DNA of 64,000 nt from an uncultured virus (IMG/VR IMGVR_UViG_3300023117_000015) (taxonomy: Duplodnaviria > Heunggongvirae > Uroviricota > Caudoviricetes): the IMG/VR virus record IMGVR_UViG_3300023117_000015; one strand, written 5' to 3'. The notes beneath the pieces were generated by a model. The model did no database searches. It saw nothing but the letters and a program-made list of their open reading frames with translations, and was not told where the DNA came from. A program made the position numbers and the translations under genes. This document shows, in pieces, positions 40,878 to 49,496 of this stretch (position 1 is its first letter; every line of letters begins with the position of its first letter).

Positions 40878-41308
40878 TATCTTATTCTTTCTATACTAAA
40901 TTGAGTAGAAAATACTTCTTCGGATGCTGGTACTTGATATGTTAATACTATAACTAGAGTATTTTCGTCTTTAAGTGGCTTGAAATTTATACTTAATTCT
41001 CTTACTCTAGGCTCAAAATTTGAAATTGCGTTTTCCATTCTATTTTTTATATTTATTACAGACATATCATCCAATGGTTCAAATATATCTTCCCAAATAT
41101 TTCCACCAAAGCTTGGTTGAAATGGTCTTTCGAAAAAATTTGTTAGAATTAAATTTTTCAAAGATTGGTTCACTGCGGCCGCATCTCTTTTTTTTCTAAC
41201 ATCATTTGTAATTGGATTTTTTTTAAATGATAAATCAAAATCAACAAATTGATTTTGTTTACTTTTTAATACTCCAAGTCTGTTTTCTAAATTTACTAAT
41301 TCTGACAT
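40877..41308 (-). CDS. gp25: Baseplate wedge subunit gp25
   Basis: DFDLSF..NP.TND, AVNQSLKNLILT...ERPFQP.FG, I.NFEPRV. Confidence 0.95.
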   Translation of the reverse strand: MSELVNLENRLGVLKSKQNQFVDFDLSFKKNPITNDVRKKRDAAAVNQSLKNLILTNFFERPFQPSFGGNIWEDIFEPLDDMSVINIKNRMENAISNFEPRVRELSINFKPLKDENTLVIVLTYQVPASEEVFSTQFSIERIR

Positions 41309-41317
41309 TTTTAAAAC

Positions 41318-42832
41318 CTATGGATTTAAATCTATTTTTGGTGCTTTGATTGTGTGGTTGCCACCGGAAGTTATATCTATTTTGCCACCGACACCTGTAG
41401 TTGATTTTTTACCAACTACTAAATTAAAGTTTCCTTCGACCACTATAGTTAAATTACCACCAACATGTAAATTTTTATTACCCATAACTAAATCAAAACC
41501 ATCTCCAACTGTTTTAGAAACCTTTTTCCCGTCTGGATGATATTCTTCAAAAGAACCAGATCTGTGATAAGTATGAATTCTTTCTGCGCCTGGAGTATCG
41601 TCAATTTCTAATACATGGCCTGTAGGAGTCCTTATCGCTTGATTATATGGATAAACGGCGGCATAAGGAGATTCTGGCTCAGTAAATTTAGAATTACTGA
41701 CAAGTTCATTTTTTGTTTCTGAACATTCGGATTGTGGTTCATCCGGCAAACCACATCTTGTGGGCAAATCAGAATCTGCTGTTTGCGTAGGAGTTTGTGA
41801 ACTATTAGTACTATTAACAGTACGATTGCCAGATTGATTATTAGTATTTACACTTTGACTTATTTCATTAGAAATACTATTCATTGATCTTTGATTTCTT
41901 TGATCAATAACATCATCTGGTGATAACGCTGCAGCTGGGGTTCCTGTTGGGTCAGACAAAAACATCGCCCTCTCTTCCTGTCTTCTAGTTGCCAATGCAT
42001 CAATAGTTTGTCCACTTGCCTTATTGTATAGTAACATTTTGTTTGCAATGGTTTCATTGTCTCTTGTACCATTATTAGTCAATTGGTCAAGTCCGCCGGG
42101 CCCAAGATTATACGCAAAGGAAGTTAGAGCATCTCTTTGTCTTTCGTTCCAAGTGTAACCGTATTGTTTTTCTTTTTCCAAAACATATCCTCTATATTTT
42201 GCTATATTTTGTGATAATCTAGCTTCGGCCTCTTGCTCATCAATCACTTCGCCCGGATAATTTGCCTTTGTACCATAACCAATTGAGTGTTGTTTATGAT
42301 CCCAATATGATTTAGAACTATATCCTTCTTTTGCTTTCAAAAAACTTACCAAATCTTTACTCGCTGCATCATTAAAGGTGGTATCGGATATTTGCGAAAC
42401 TTTTTGTCCACTTGGAACAACTCCTGTACCTTGTCCTGTTCCGCCATTAGCAACATCCTTAGAATAATTTCGTAGTGTTTGAGGAACTTCTTCACCTCTA
42501 CCATTTCTATTGATTCCCTCACCCTGACTCCCTTTAGTGCCGGGCAAAGTGCCCCATATTATAGGTTCTTGTGCATACTCACCATCTCTAAAGAAACCGA
42601 TAACCCAAGAATCGGTTCTAACACCAGTTGGACTTTGACCAATTCCACCAACTGACGCACTTGTAATTGGCATAATCGGAAGAGCCCAAGGCAAATCTTC
42701 TGTTTCAATGCCTTCATCATAAAAACCAAAAATTCTTACTTTAACTCTGCCAATTTTCAAAGGATCTTTTTCAAAATCTTCGACAACACCTGTCCACCAA
42801 ACAAAATTGTCTTTTCCAATAAAATTTAACAT
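41318..42832 (-). CDS. gp5: Baseplate central spike gp5 with a GH24-type lysozyme domain
   Basis: OB-fold WWTGVVED..DPLKIGRVKVRIFG..LPWA..V.GFFRDG; lysozyme EGYSSKSYWDHKQHSIGYGT, DALTSFAYNLG, RRQEE..MF; YPYN, GHVLEIDDTPGAERI; beta-helix ending IDLNP. Confidence 0.9.
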   Translation of the reverse strand: MLNFIGKDNFVWWTGVVEDFEKDPLKIGRVKVRIFGFYDEGIETEDLPWALPIMPITSASVGGIGQSPTGVRTDSWVIGFFRDGEYAQEPIIWGTLPGTKGSQGEGINRNGRGEEVPQTLRNYSKDVANGGTGQGTGVVPSGQKVSQISDTTFNDAASKDLVSFLKAKEGYSSKSYWDHKQHSIGYGTKANYPGEVIDEQEAEARLSQNIAKYRGYVLEKEKQYGYTWNERQRDALTSFAYNLGPGGLDQLTNNGTRDNETIANKMLLYNKASGQTIDALATRRQEERAMFLSDPTGTPAAALSPDDVIDQRNQRSMNSISNEISQSVNTNNQSGNRTVNSTNSSQTPTQTADSDLPTRCGLPDEPQSECSETKNELVSNSKFTEPESPYAAVYPYNQAIRTPTGHVLEIDDTPGAERIHTYHRSGSFEEYHPDGKKVSKTVGDGFDLVMGNKNLHVGGNLTIVVEGNFNLVVGKKSTTGVGGKIDITSGGNHTIKAPKIDLNP

Positions 42833-42850
42833 AAAAAAATCCTTTTTTAG

Positions 42851-42858
42851 TATTTATA
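42851..42858 (-). promoter_or_regulatory. T4-type late promoter TATAAATA dedicated to the lysozyme-bearing gp5
   Basis: Exact motif in the 32-nt gap between the two gp5 genes. Confidence 0.8.
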
Positions 42859-42864
42859 ATTAAA

Positions 42865-43677
42865 TTATGGGTTTAGTTCTATTTTACTACCATCAGCCTT
42901 TATTGTGATTTCTGCACCACCCAATAAATCTTTTTCCTGTGAAATTTCTTCACTATAATCACCTTTAACTAATATTTCTAAATTTTTTTGTGTTAGAATT
43001 TCATAATCACCAGACACATGAATATATAAATCTTCAGCATATATGTCGTATGAATCATTTATGATTCTTTCTTTATAATTACCATTCGGTGCATATTCTT
43101 CATAACTACCACTGACATGATATTTTGACAATCTTTCATTACCACCAGTGTCTGCGAGCTCTGAATGGTGGCCAGACCTACTACTATATGAGCCAGTTGT
43201 ATTTGGATATACTATATCATCTTGACTTGATGGTTCTGTTATCCTAGAAGTTTCTTTGTATTCTGATATAGTATCCTCTTTCACTTCTCTATTGATTCTA
43301 TTGACATCAGATTCAGTAACTTCACTACGTCCAACTAAAGGCCCAGTACCCTCATCTCCATACTGATCCTGTAGTGCATCATCATTAGTCACTCCGTAAA
43401 TTGTACCCCAAACTAAAGGGTCTTGTGCCGTGTGTCCATCTCTAAAAAAACCAACGCACCACGAACCCTTTACAACTCCAACTGGAGATTGACCAATATT
43501 ATTTACACATGCACTTGTAATTGGCATGATAGGTAGGGCCCACGGTAAATCTTCTTCAGAAATGTCGTCATCATGGAATCCATAAATTCTTACTTTTACT
43601 CTACCTATTTTTAGTGGGTCATCCTTTACATTTTCAATAACACCTGTCCACCATAAAAAATCTTTCTCATTAAACAT
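42865..43677 (-). CDS. gp5: Second gp5 spike paralog lacking lysozyme
   Basis: Same OB-fold motifs (WWTGVIE..DPLKIGRVKVRIYG, LPWALPIMPITSA, GFFRDG), SGHHSELADT.GNERL, short beta-helix ending IELNP. Confidence 0.85.
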   Translation of the reverse strand: MFNEKDFLWWTGVIENVKDDPLKIGRVKVRIYGFHDDDISEEDLPWALPIMPITSACVNNIGQSPVGVVKGSWCVGFFRDGHTAQDPLVWGTIYGVTNDDALQDQYGDEGTGPLVGRSEVTESDVNRINREVKEDTISEYKETSRITEPSSQDDIVYPNTTGSYSSRSGHHSELADTGGNERLSKYHVSGSYEEYAPNGNYKERIINDSYDIYAEDLYIHVSGDYEILTQKNLEILVKGDYSEEISQEKDLLGGAEITIKADGSKIELNP

Positions 43678-44942
43678 TAAAATGCACCTGTCGAATCATA
43701 ATCATAATACGGCAAACCAGTTTTAATTGGTTGTGGTTGAGGATATGGATCGCCTTGCGAATCTCTAACACATTCCACACTAGAAAGATAACCATTTTTT
43801 GGAGAAAATGTATGTTTCACGGCTGTCACCAACCAATTTCCTGATATTTTTGGATTTTCCGCACCGGCCGAACCAAAAACAAAAGATGGGAAAGTAATGT
43901 CTATAAGTTTACCAGCATTTACTTGCGTATCTCCAAAGGCAGTAAAAACCAGTTTTAAATTATCAAATAATTGTAGTTGGGCTTTACGTCTTAGAAAAGT
44001 TTGTTCATAATTATATGTCATATCTGTATTTTCTGGTAAAAGAAATAAAGAATCTGGATGAAATTGTTTGCCTTGTCCACTTATATCAAATAATGGTTGA
44101 GACTCTATTCTATCTACACTATTATATTGATCATAAATGTTATATTCTATACCAGTCACATTTTTGTTTATAATGTCTATCAATTTAGCTTTACCACCAT
44201 ACATACTTTTTATCATATTTTGCATCACATTAAAATGAGATTCAAATTTAAATGTTATTATGTTTTTATCTTCAGTATTTGCATCCAATGTAACATTTGG
44301 AATACCATACTTGTAAAAAAACTGTGGTTCTGCATTGGTTAATTCTGACAGACTTTGGAAATTATGTCCTTGAACATCTTCCCAAAATAAAAAATCAGCG
44401 GCCCCTTGTCTAAACGCCTTAGTTGCCATCCAATTAATTGCTTTCATAGGTGTCATCCCAGGCACTATTAGTTTTTGATTATCTTCCGAAGAAGATTTCA
44501 TCAACCCCCGCTGAGAACCTAGAGTATTATATAACTCTTGCACAATATCAGATGCCGCGCCTTCAAATGCACGCGATATTCTTGTTTCGTAGTTTGTAAT
44601 TTGTTCAGGAGTCACAAGATGAAGAGTAAAGCTTGTCGTGCCCTGATCGACAGAAAAATCAGTTAGTTTATACACAACCATATTTAATTCTATAGGTAAT
44701 CTGGTATCGCCCGGATGATTGACTTTTATACGCACAGTTTCTTGGCCAATAATTGGCAATGCATCAATCAAATCTTGTGTTGTTACAATACTAATAGTTG
44801 CAGTTATACTATCTCCAAAAATATCTTCATAGATTTCAACTAATGTGTATGTTGCTTCCAATTTCATTGTATAACCATTATGTCCTGTTATGGACAATTC
44901 CATCATGTCATAATCGCCTGGCTTTGTTATTCCTACTGACAT
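43677..44942 (-). CDS. Baseplate hub protein (gp27-like)
   Basis: IYEDIF, LPIIGQE, FLFWED, GD....GK.I, SGNWLVTAVKH; located between gp53 and gp5. Confidence 0.65.
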   Translation of the reverse strand: MSVGITKPGDYDMMELSITGHNGYTMKLEATYTLVEIYEDIFGDSITATISIVTTQDLIDALPIIGQETVRIKVNHPGDTRLPIELNMVVYKLTDFSVDQGTTSFTLHLVTPEQITNYETRISRAFEGAASDIVQELYNTLGSQRGLMKSSSEDNQKLIVPGMTPMKAINWMATKAFRQGAADFLFWEDVQGHNFQSLSELTNAEPQFFYKYGIPNVTLDANTEDKNIITFKFESHFNVMQNMIKSMYGGKAKLIDIINKNVTGIEYNIYDQYNSVDRIESQPLFDISGQGKQFHPDSLFLLPENTDMTYNYEQTFLRRKAQLQLFDNLKLVFTAFGDTQVNAGKLIDITFPSFVFGSAGAENPKISGNWLVTAVKHTFSPKNGYLSSVECVRDSQGDPYPQPQPIKTGLPYYDYDSTGAF

Positions 44943-44953
44943 AATTTATCCTA

Positions 44954-45562
44954 TCAAATTTTAATCATTTTTTCAAATTCAGTTATAAAATCTTCTAAAT
45001 AATTTAATCTTAGTAATTTTATAACTCTATTTTTTTCATTTCTATCAAACTCATACTCGTAAACCGAATATTTTTCAAAAGTTTTAAACTGGTAGTATGT
45101 GATTTTGTTAAACGGCGGTGTTAAATCGCCGGCGTCTTCTTTAGGATTCTCGAATTTATTCTTAAACCAATTATTAATCAACATATAAGTTGATGGACTC
45201 ATTTTAGTAGAATTGTTGTAATAGTAATATGCGTTTTCAGTTTCTTTTATATCTTCGTATTTCTCGTCCATATATCTTTGAAAATTTTCACTTGATTTTG
45301 GCCACTCAGAATAATAATCACGTATGTCATTAAAAAACAAAATTATCCACCAATAGTTTGGATTTTCATAATAAAGTTCAGCAATTTTCCAAGGCGTTTC
45401 ACCATCTTTAATTTCGTATTCATAATGAGTTAAAGGATTATTTGCAAATGCATCTACAACTTTCGTTGTGATAAATATATTTTTCATCAGTTTTGGTTCG
45501 TTTAGTAACTGAATATCATATTTTATATTGGGTAATTTAGAAAAAAGTGTAGAACCCGCCAT
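44954..45562 (-). CDS. gp53: Baseplate wedge subunit gp53 (LysM-like)
   Basis: FSKLPNIKY, YEIKDGETPWKIAELYY..YWWIIL.FN, EWP, YEYE...NE..R.IKLL. Confidence 0.9.
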   Translation of the reverse strand: MAGSTLFSKLPNIKYDIQLLNEPKLMKNIFITTKVVDAFANNPLTHYEYEIKDGETPWKIAELYYENPNYWWIILFFNDIRDYYSEWPKSSENFQRYMDEKYEDIKETENAYYYYNNSTKMSPSTYMLINNWFKNKFENPKEDAGDLTPPFNKITYYQFKTFEKYSVYEYEFDRNEKNRVIKLLRLNYLEDFITEFEKMIKI

Positions 45563-46384
45563 TTAAAATCCTTTCTCTACATCATCTTGTGTTACTTGGA
45601 GAAGTTCTAAAAATGTTAAATTCATTTCAGTAAATAATGGAGTACCATCTCTTAATATTTCAAAAGAACCTTCTCCACCATAATTTACTTCACAGGAAGT
45701 TAAGACACAAGGTTTAAATCTATGAAGTACGGTTGATGCAGGACCGTGATATGATATTAAAAATGTTTGTGGTGCCTTATAAAAGAATTTTTCATAATCA
45801 ATATTAGGCATCATTGCACTCCTAAAAGATTTAACAATCTGAGTAACCGCCGGTGCTTCAGTGTCATTTTTTGGTACAAATTTGTAATTGAAACTAAATT
45901 GTCTAAAAGATGGACCCTCTAATAGTTGATATTGTGCTGCATTTCCGATCATATCGTTATTTTCTCGCAAAGCACCTTCTGAACCAATTAGAGTGTCTAA
46001 GGCACTGAAGCCGCCACCAAGAGCGATGCCTGATATAGCACCAGTTAACGCCTCTCCTATGCCTTTTGTACTTTTTTGTGCTAAGGCAGCTGCGCCTCTT
46101 GACTCATCCTGTTTATATGCAACATCGTGCGTGACACTAATTTGTTCTGGAATATAAAGGTCAATAACTGTGTGAATATTCCCAGCCTCGAAATTCAATC
46201 CACCAGCTTCTTTCACATGTTGAATTGGTTTTTGTGTAGATATACCAAACTTTACAAAACTATGTAAATCAATCATACCTAAATTAGAAGGATACTTGAG
46301 AGAACTAGTTTGATACCCCTTTGATTGATTGCCGTGCATGACAGAAAATGGCCCGTCATTTTTTGCATAACCTGCGTAATTCAC
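45563..46384 (-). CDS. gp48: Baseplate tail-tube cap gp48
   Basis: LKYP, I.LYIP, GPSFRQFSFNYKFVPKN..EA..V..IVK.FR, FKPCVLTSC.VNY, LTFLEL; GTG start with AGGAG. Confidence 0.85.
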   Translation of the reverse strand: MNYAGYAKNDGPFSVMHGNQSKGYQTSSLKYPSNLGMIDLHSFVKFGISTQKPIQHVKEAGGLNFEAGNIHTVIDLYIPEQISVTHDVAYKQDESRGAAALAQKSTKGIGEALTGAISGIALGGGFSALDTLIGSEGALRENNDMIGNAAQYQLLEGPSFRQFSFNYKFVPKNDTEAPAVTQIVKSFRSAMMPNIDYEKFFYKAPQTFLISYHGPASTVLHRFKPCVLTSCEVNYGGEGSFEILRDGTPLFTEMNLTFLELLQVTQDDVEKGF

Positions 46385-46413
46385 TTTATTATCTCCTAAA
46401 TATTCTTTACCAC

Positions 46414-46421
46414 TATTTATA
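46414..46421 (-). promoter_or_regulatory. T4-type late promoter TATAAATA for the baseplate operon
   Basis: Exact motif in the divergent gap between gp48 and gp4. Confidence 0.8.
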
Positions 46422-46437
46422 AAGGTTTTTTTATGTA

Positions 46438-46884
46438 ATGCACAAGAGATTTACCTATAAAGGAAAATATACGCCCCAAAATCCAGAAAAATACAAAGGT
46501 AATTCTAAAAATATCATATATCGGTCTATGTGGGAGCGTAGATTCATGAAATATTGCGACAACAATCCATCTGTACTTGCATGGGCAAGTGAAGAATTGG
46601 TTATTCCATACCTTTCTCCAGTAGACAATAAAAAACATCGTTACTATCCTGATTTTGTGGTAAGATTACTAGACAAAGATAACGAAATAAAAACGATAGT
46701 CATAGAAGTCAAGCCAAAAAGAGAAACAGCACCGCCCAAAAAAAGAAAAAATAAAACCTTTAAGTATTTAGAAGAAGTTCGAGTATGGGGAGTCAATGAC
46801 GCAAAATGGAAAGCTGCAAAAAAGTTTTGTGAAGAAAAAGGATGGGAGTTTAAAATTTTAACAGAGGATCATTTGGTTAAATAA
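46438..46884 (+). CDS. gp4: Head completion protein gp4 (TnsA-like nuclease fold)
   Basis: YKGKY.P.NP.KYKG, YRS.WER.FM..CD.NP...WASEE..IPY, HRYYPDF, IEVKP, N.AKW.AA, F.ILTE. Confidence 0.95.
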   Translation: MHKRFTYKGKYTPQNPEKYKGNSKNIIYRSMWERRFMKYCDNNPSVLAWASEELVIPYLSPVDNKKHRYYPDFVVRLLDKDNEIKTIVIEVKPKRETAPPKKRKNKTFKYLEEVRVWGVNDAKWKAAKKFCEEKGWEFKILTEDHLVK

Positions 46885-46889
46885 AGTCA

Positions 46890-46897
46890 TATAAATA
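46890..46897 (+). promoter_or_regulatory. T4-type late promoter TATAAATA
   Basis: Exact motif upstream of gp2. Confidence 0.8.
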
Positions 46898-46921
46898 TGA
46901 ACAAAGACTTTTGGAGTAACT

Positions 46922-47503
46922 ATGGCGGCAAATTTCGATATATTACTAAACAGAATGCTACGGGCGGGGGTGACCCCCAACACAACCGCAGCTAGAAACT
47001 GGTTTAGAAACAAAATTAGAGATGCAAGAGTGTCTAGACAATCATTGTTATCTGATGGTGATAGGAGAAGGGCGCGCCCTACTATTGGTAGAATGTATTG
47101 TTATGCATATGATCCAAAATACGGAGAAAAATTACCATATTACGATGAATTTCCACTAATTTTTATGGTAAAACCAGAGCCAGGCGGGTTTTTAGGAATA
47201 AATCTACACTATGTATCGCCGAGAAACAGAATTATAATAATGGATTCTCTTTCAAAAATTGCAAATAATAATAAATATGATGATTCTACCAAACTGCAAC
47301 TAACTTGGAAAGCATTAACTAATCTATCAAAGTTTAATATGATAAAACCATGCGTAAAAAAGTATCTATATAGTCAGGTTAGATCAAAATTTGTCATGAT
47401 TGATGCAAACGAATGGGACTTGGGAATATTTTTACCTGTACAAAAATTCAAAAAGGCATCTGCATCAAAAGTTTGGTCAGATTCCGCACAAATGGGAAGA
47501 TAA
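46922..47503 (+). CDS. gp2: DNA end protector protein gp2
   Basis: G.MY.Y.YDPK....LPYYD.FPLI, GFLGINLHY, KPC.K.YL..V.S, LP...F.KAS. Confidence 0.92.
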   Translation: MAANFDILLNRMLRAGVTPNTTAARNWFRNKIRDARVSRQSLLSDGDRRRARPTIGRMYCYAYDPKYGEKLPYYDEFPLIFMVKPEPGGFLGINLHYVSPRNRIIIMDSLSKIANNNKYDDSTKLQLTWKALTNLSKFNMIKPCVKKYLYSQVRSKFVMIDANEWDLGIFLPVQKFKKASASKVWSDSAQMGR

Positions 47504-48313
47504 ATGTTTAGCGTAGACACAATAAAAAATACATTCAATAAAACTGGAGTTACAAAAGGTAACAAATATGCCTTGGAAATTGTAAAACCAGTTGGAATGG
47601 TAGGAATTCAAGATATCGATTTACAAGATATTCGAGTGAGAATTAATTCTGTAGAATTGCCAGGAAAACAAGTCGCAACAAGTGAAGTTAAATATTATGG
47701 ACCACTAACAAAAAGACCTTATGGACAAATTTTTGAGGATTTAACTTGCGAGATTATTTGTTCTGCAAATTTGATTGAAAGAAGATTTTTTAGTCACTGG
47801 ATGGACTTTGCATACGATCCAGTACAAGCAAGAGCTGGATATTACCAAGAATATGTAACACAAACCAAGTTTAAATCGTTTGGAGAACACGGCGGAGAAT
47901 TTTTATACGAATGCACATTTGATGAGTGTTATCCGATTTCGATAGGACCTCTAAATTATGCTTATGGGAATGAAGATTTACTCACAATGCAAGTAACTTT
48001 TGCATACAAAAAGTGGTATGATCAACATAACAACTTCCCGTCAGGTGGTAATGCTGCCACGGGGTTTGATGCATATGACAGTACAATAAGTGCCAGTCTA
48101 AATCAAGCAACAGAATATATGAACGCACTTCAGTCTGGATTGCAAAACCTTTCAGTCGAGTTTGGTCCATATGGTATTAATTTTAATGGAATTCCAGAAA
48201 TACCAAACATTGATATTCATCAAACATTGGGAGGCGCAGCAAGATCGTTGTCTGGAAATTTAAAAAATAATGCTAAAAATAGTTTGAATAATTTTATAAG
48301 TCGTGCATTTTAA
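47504..48313 (+). CDS. gp54: Baseplate tail-tube initiator gp54 (tube fold)
   Basis: VELPGK, PYG, F..WMD, YP..IGPL.Y, QVTFAYKKW; located after gp2. Confidence 0.7.
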   Translation: MFSVDTIKNTFNKTGVTKGNKYALEIVKPVGMVGIQDIDLQDIRVRINSVELPGKQVATSEVKYYGPLTKRPYGQIFEDLTCEIICSANLIERRFFSHWMDFAYDPVQARAGYYQEYVTQTKFKSFGEHGGEFLYECTFDECYPISIGPLNYAYGNEDLLTMQVTFAYKKWYDQHNNFPSGGNAATGFDAYDSTISASLNQATEYMNALQSGLQNLSVEFGPYGINFNGIPEIPNIDIHQTLGGAARSLSGNLKNNAKNSLNNFISRAF

Positions 48314-48338
48314 TTGATTATATTATAGGAGAAAAATT

Positions 48339-49082
48339 ATGACTTTACCAGTGTTGGACCAACCAACTTATGAATTGACTTTACCATCTACATCTAAAAA
48401 AATCAGATATCGTCCTTTCTTAGTAAAGGAAGAAAAAATATTATTGATGGCTCAAGAAGGTGGAGATTTAGGAGAGCAAATAGAATCTGTCAAACAGATT
48501 ATTAGAAACTGTATTATTACTAAAGATGTGAAAATAGAAAAATTATCTACGTTTGATATTGAATACATTTTTGTAAAAATTAGATCAAAATCTGTAGGAC
48601 AAAATATAGAGTTGCAATATAGAAGAGATGATTGTAAAGAAGTTTTGGATGAAGATAATAATCCGCCACCAAGAACTTGTCAAATCGATTTTATAGTCAA
48701 TTTAGATGAAGTTTATATTGACAAAGTGGATACACACACAAATAAAATTCAATTAACAGACAATATTGGAATTTTTATGAAATATCCAGATTTTAAGATG
48801 TTGCATAAAATATCAACAATGAATAATTATGAAGAAATGATAGAAGTTATTGGTGATTGTATTGAAACAATTTATATGAATGAAGAACTATACGATCCAA
48901 AAGAATATACAAACGAAGAATTAAATAATTTTCTAGAAAGTTTTTCTCAAGAACAATTTCAAAGGGTTAGTAATTTTTTTGATACAATGCCACAAACAGC
49001 ATATGACGCACAAATGGTTTGCAGAAAGTGTGGATGGAGAAATGAATTAAAATTGAGAGGAATTACGGATTTTTTCGTATAA
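48339..49082 (+). CDS. gp26: Baseplate hub assembly protein gp26
   Basis: LP....PTYEL.LPST.K.I.YRPFLVKEEKILLMA, FDIEYIF..IRSKSVG, MKYP, FF.TMP, L.GITDFF. Confidence 0.92.
   Translation: MTLPVLDQPTYELTLPSTSKKIRYRPFLVKEEKILLMAQEGGDLGEQIESVKQIIRNCIITKDVKIEKLSTFDIEYIFVKIRSKSVGQNIELQYRRDDCKEVLDEDNNPPPRTCQIDFIVNLDEVYIDKVDTHTNKIQLTDNIGIFMKYPDFKMLHKISTMNNYEEMIEVIGDCIETIYMNEELYDPKEYTNEELNNFLESFSQEQFQRVSNFFDTMPQTAYDAQMVCRKCGWRNELKLRGITDFFV
49070..49076 (+). promoter_or_regulatory. Candidate -1 programmed ribosomal frameshift heptamer T-TTT-TTC
   Basis: In-frame X XXY YYZ heptamer at the last codons of gp26 (GAT TTT TTC GTA TAA); SD-like GAGAGG at 49055-49060; the -1 frame is gp51. Confidence 0.6.
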
Positions 49083-49249
49083 GCTTATATCATGAAAGTC
49101 TGGTATCTCTGTACCAGACAAATTTTTCTCTTATGCAATATCATAAATACAGTTTAACAGAGTTAGAAAATATGATACCTTGGGAACGAGAAATATATAT
49201 AACAATGTTGATTAACTATATTAAAGAATTGGAAAGCAAAAGAGGATAG
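49070..49249 (+). CDS. gp51: Baseplate hub assembly protein gp51 (missed by the ORF track); in the -1 frame relative to gp26
   Basis: Translates as FFRISLYHESLVSLYQTNFSLMQYHKYSLTELENMIPWEREIYITMLINYIKELESKRG*; the first in-frame ATG is only at 49133. Confidence 0.85.
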   Translation, partial: FFRISLYHESLVSLYQTNFSLMQYHKYSLTELENMIPWEREIYITMLINYIKELESKRG

Positions 49250-49250
49250 T

Positions 49251-49496
49251 ATGGAAACGACCGAAAACAGAGAAAACAAGTTTCAATCTTGGATTGATTT
49301 AGCACAAGCAATAGATTCTTGGAGAATATTCCCAAGAATTTTTATCACAACATATATCTATCTACTCTATGCTGTAGTATCTTGGTTTATGACACTATCA
49401 AATCCAAATCTAGAACAATCTGGCTTAGTGAGTATTGTAGTAGGCGCAGGGGCTGCTTGGTTTGGATTGTATCTTGGTTCAGGAGGCAAGAAATAA
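49251..49496 (+). CDS. Small two-TM membrane protein
   Basis: DSWRIFPRIF.. followed by two hydrophobic helices. Confidence 0.7.
   Translation: METTENRENKFQSWIDLAQAIDSWRIFPRIFITTYIYLLYAVVSWFMTLSNPNLEQSGLVSIVVGAGAAWFGLYLGSGGKK

Noticed and set aside
4567..44942. Bacterial T6SS or eCIS island (PAAR, VgrG-like, gp25/TssE-like genes)
   Set aside because: The context is a lytic T4-like phage (gp2, gp4, gp32, gp33, gp59, late promoters); no TssJLM, ClpV or host genes
46438..46884. TnsA transposase / mobile element
   Set aside because: This is the T4 gp4 head completion protein in its usual position next to gp2
46883..46911. AAAGTC/GACTTT hairpin around the gp2 late promoter as an RBS-masking switch
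   Set aside because: Weak AT-rich 6-bp stem that ends before the GGAG
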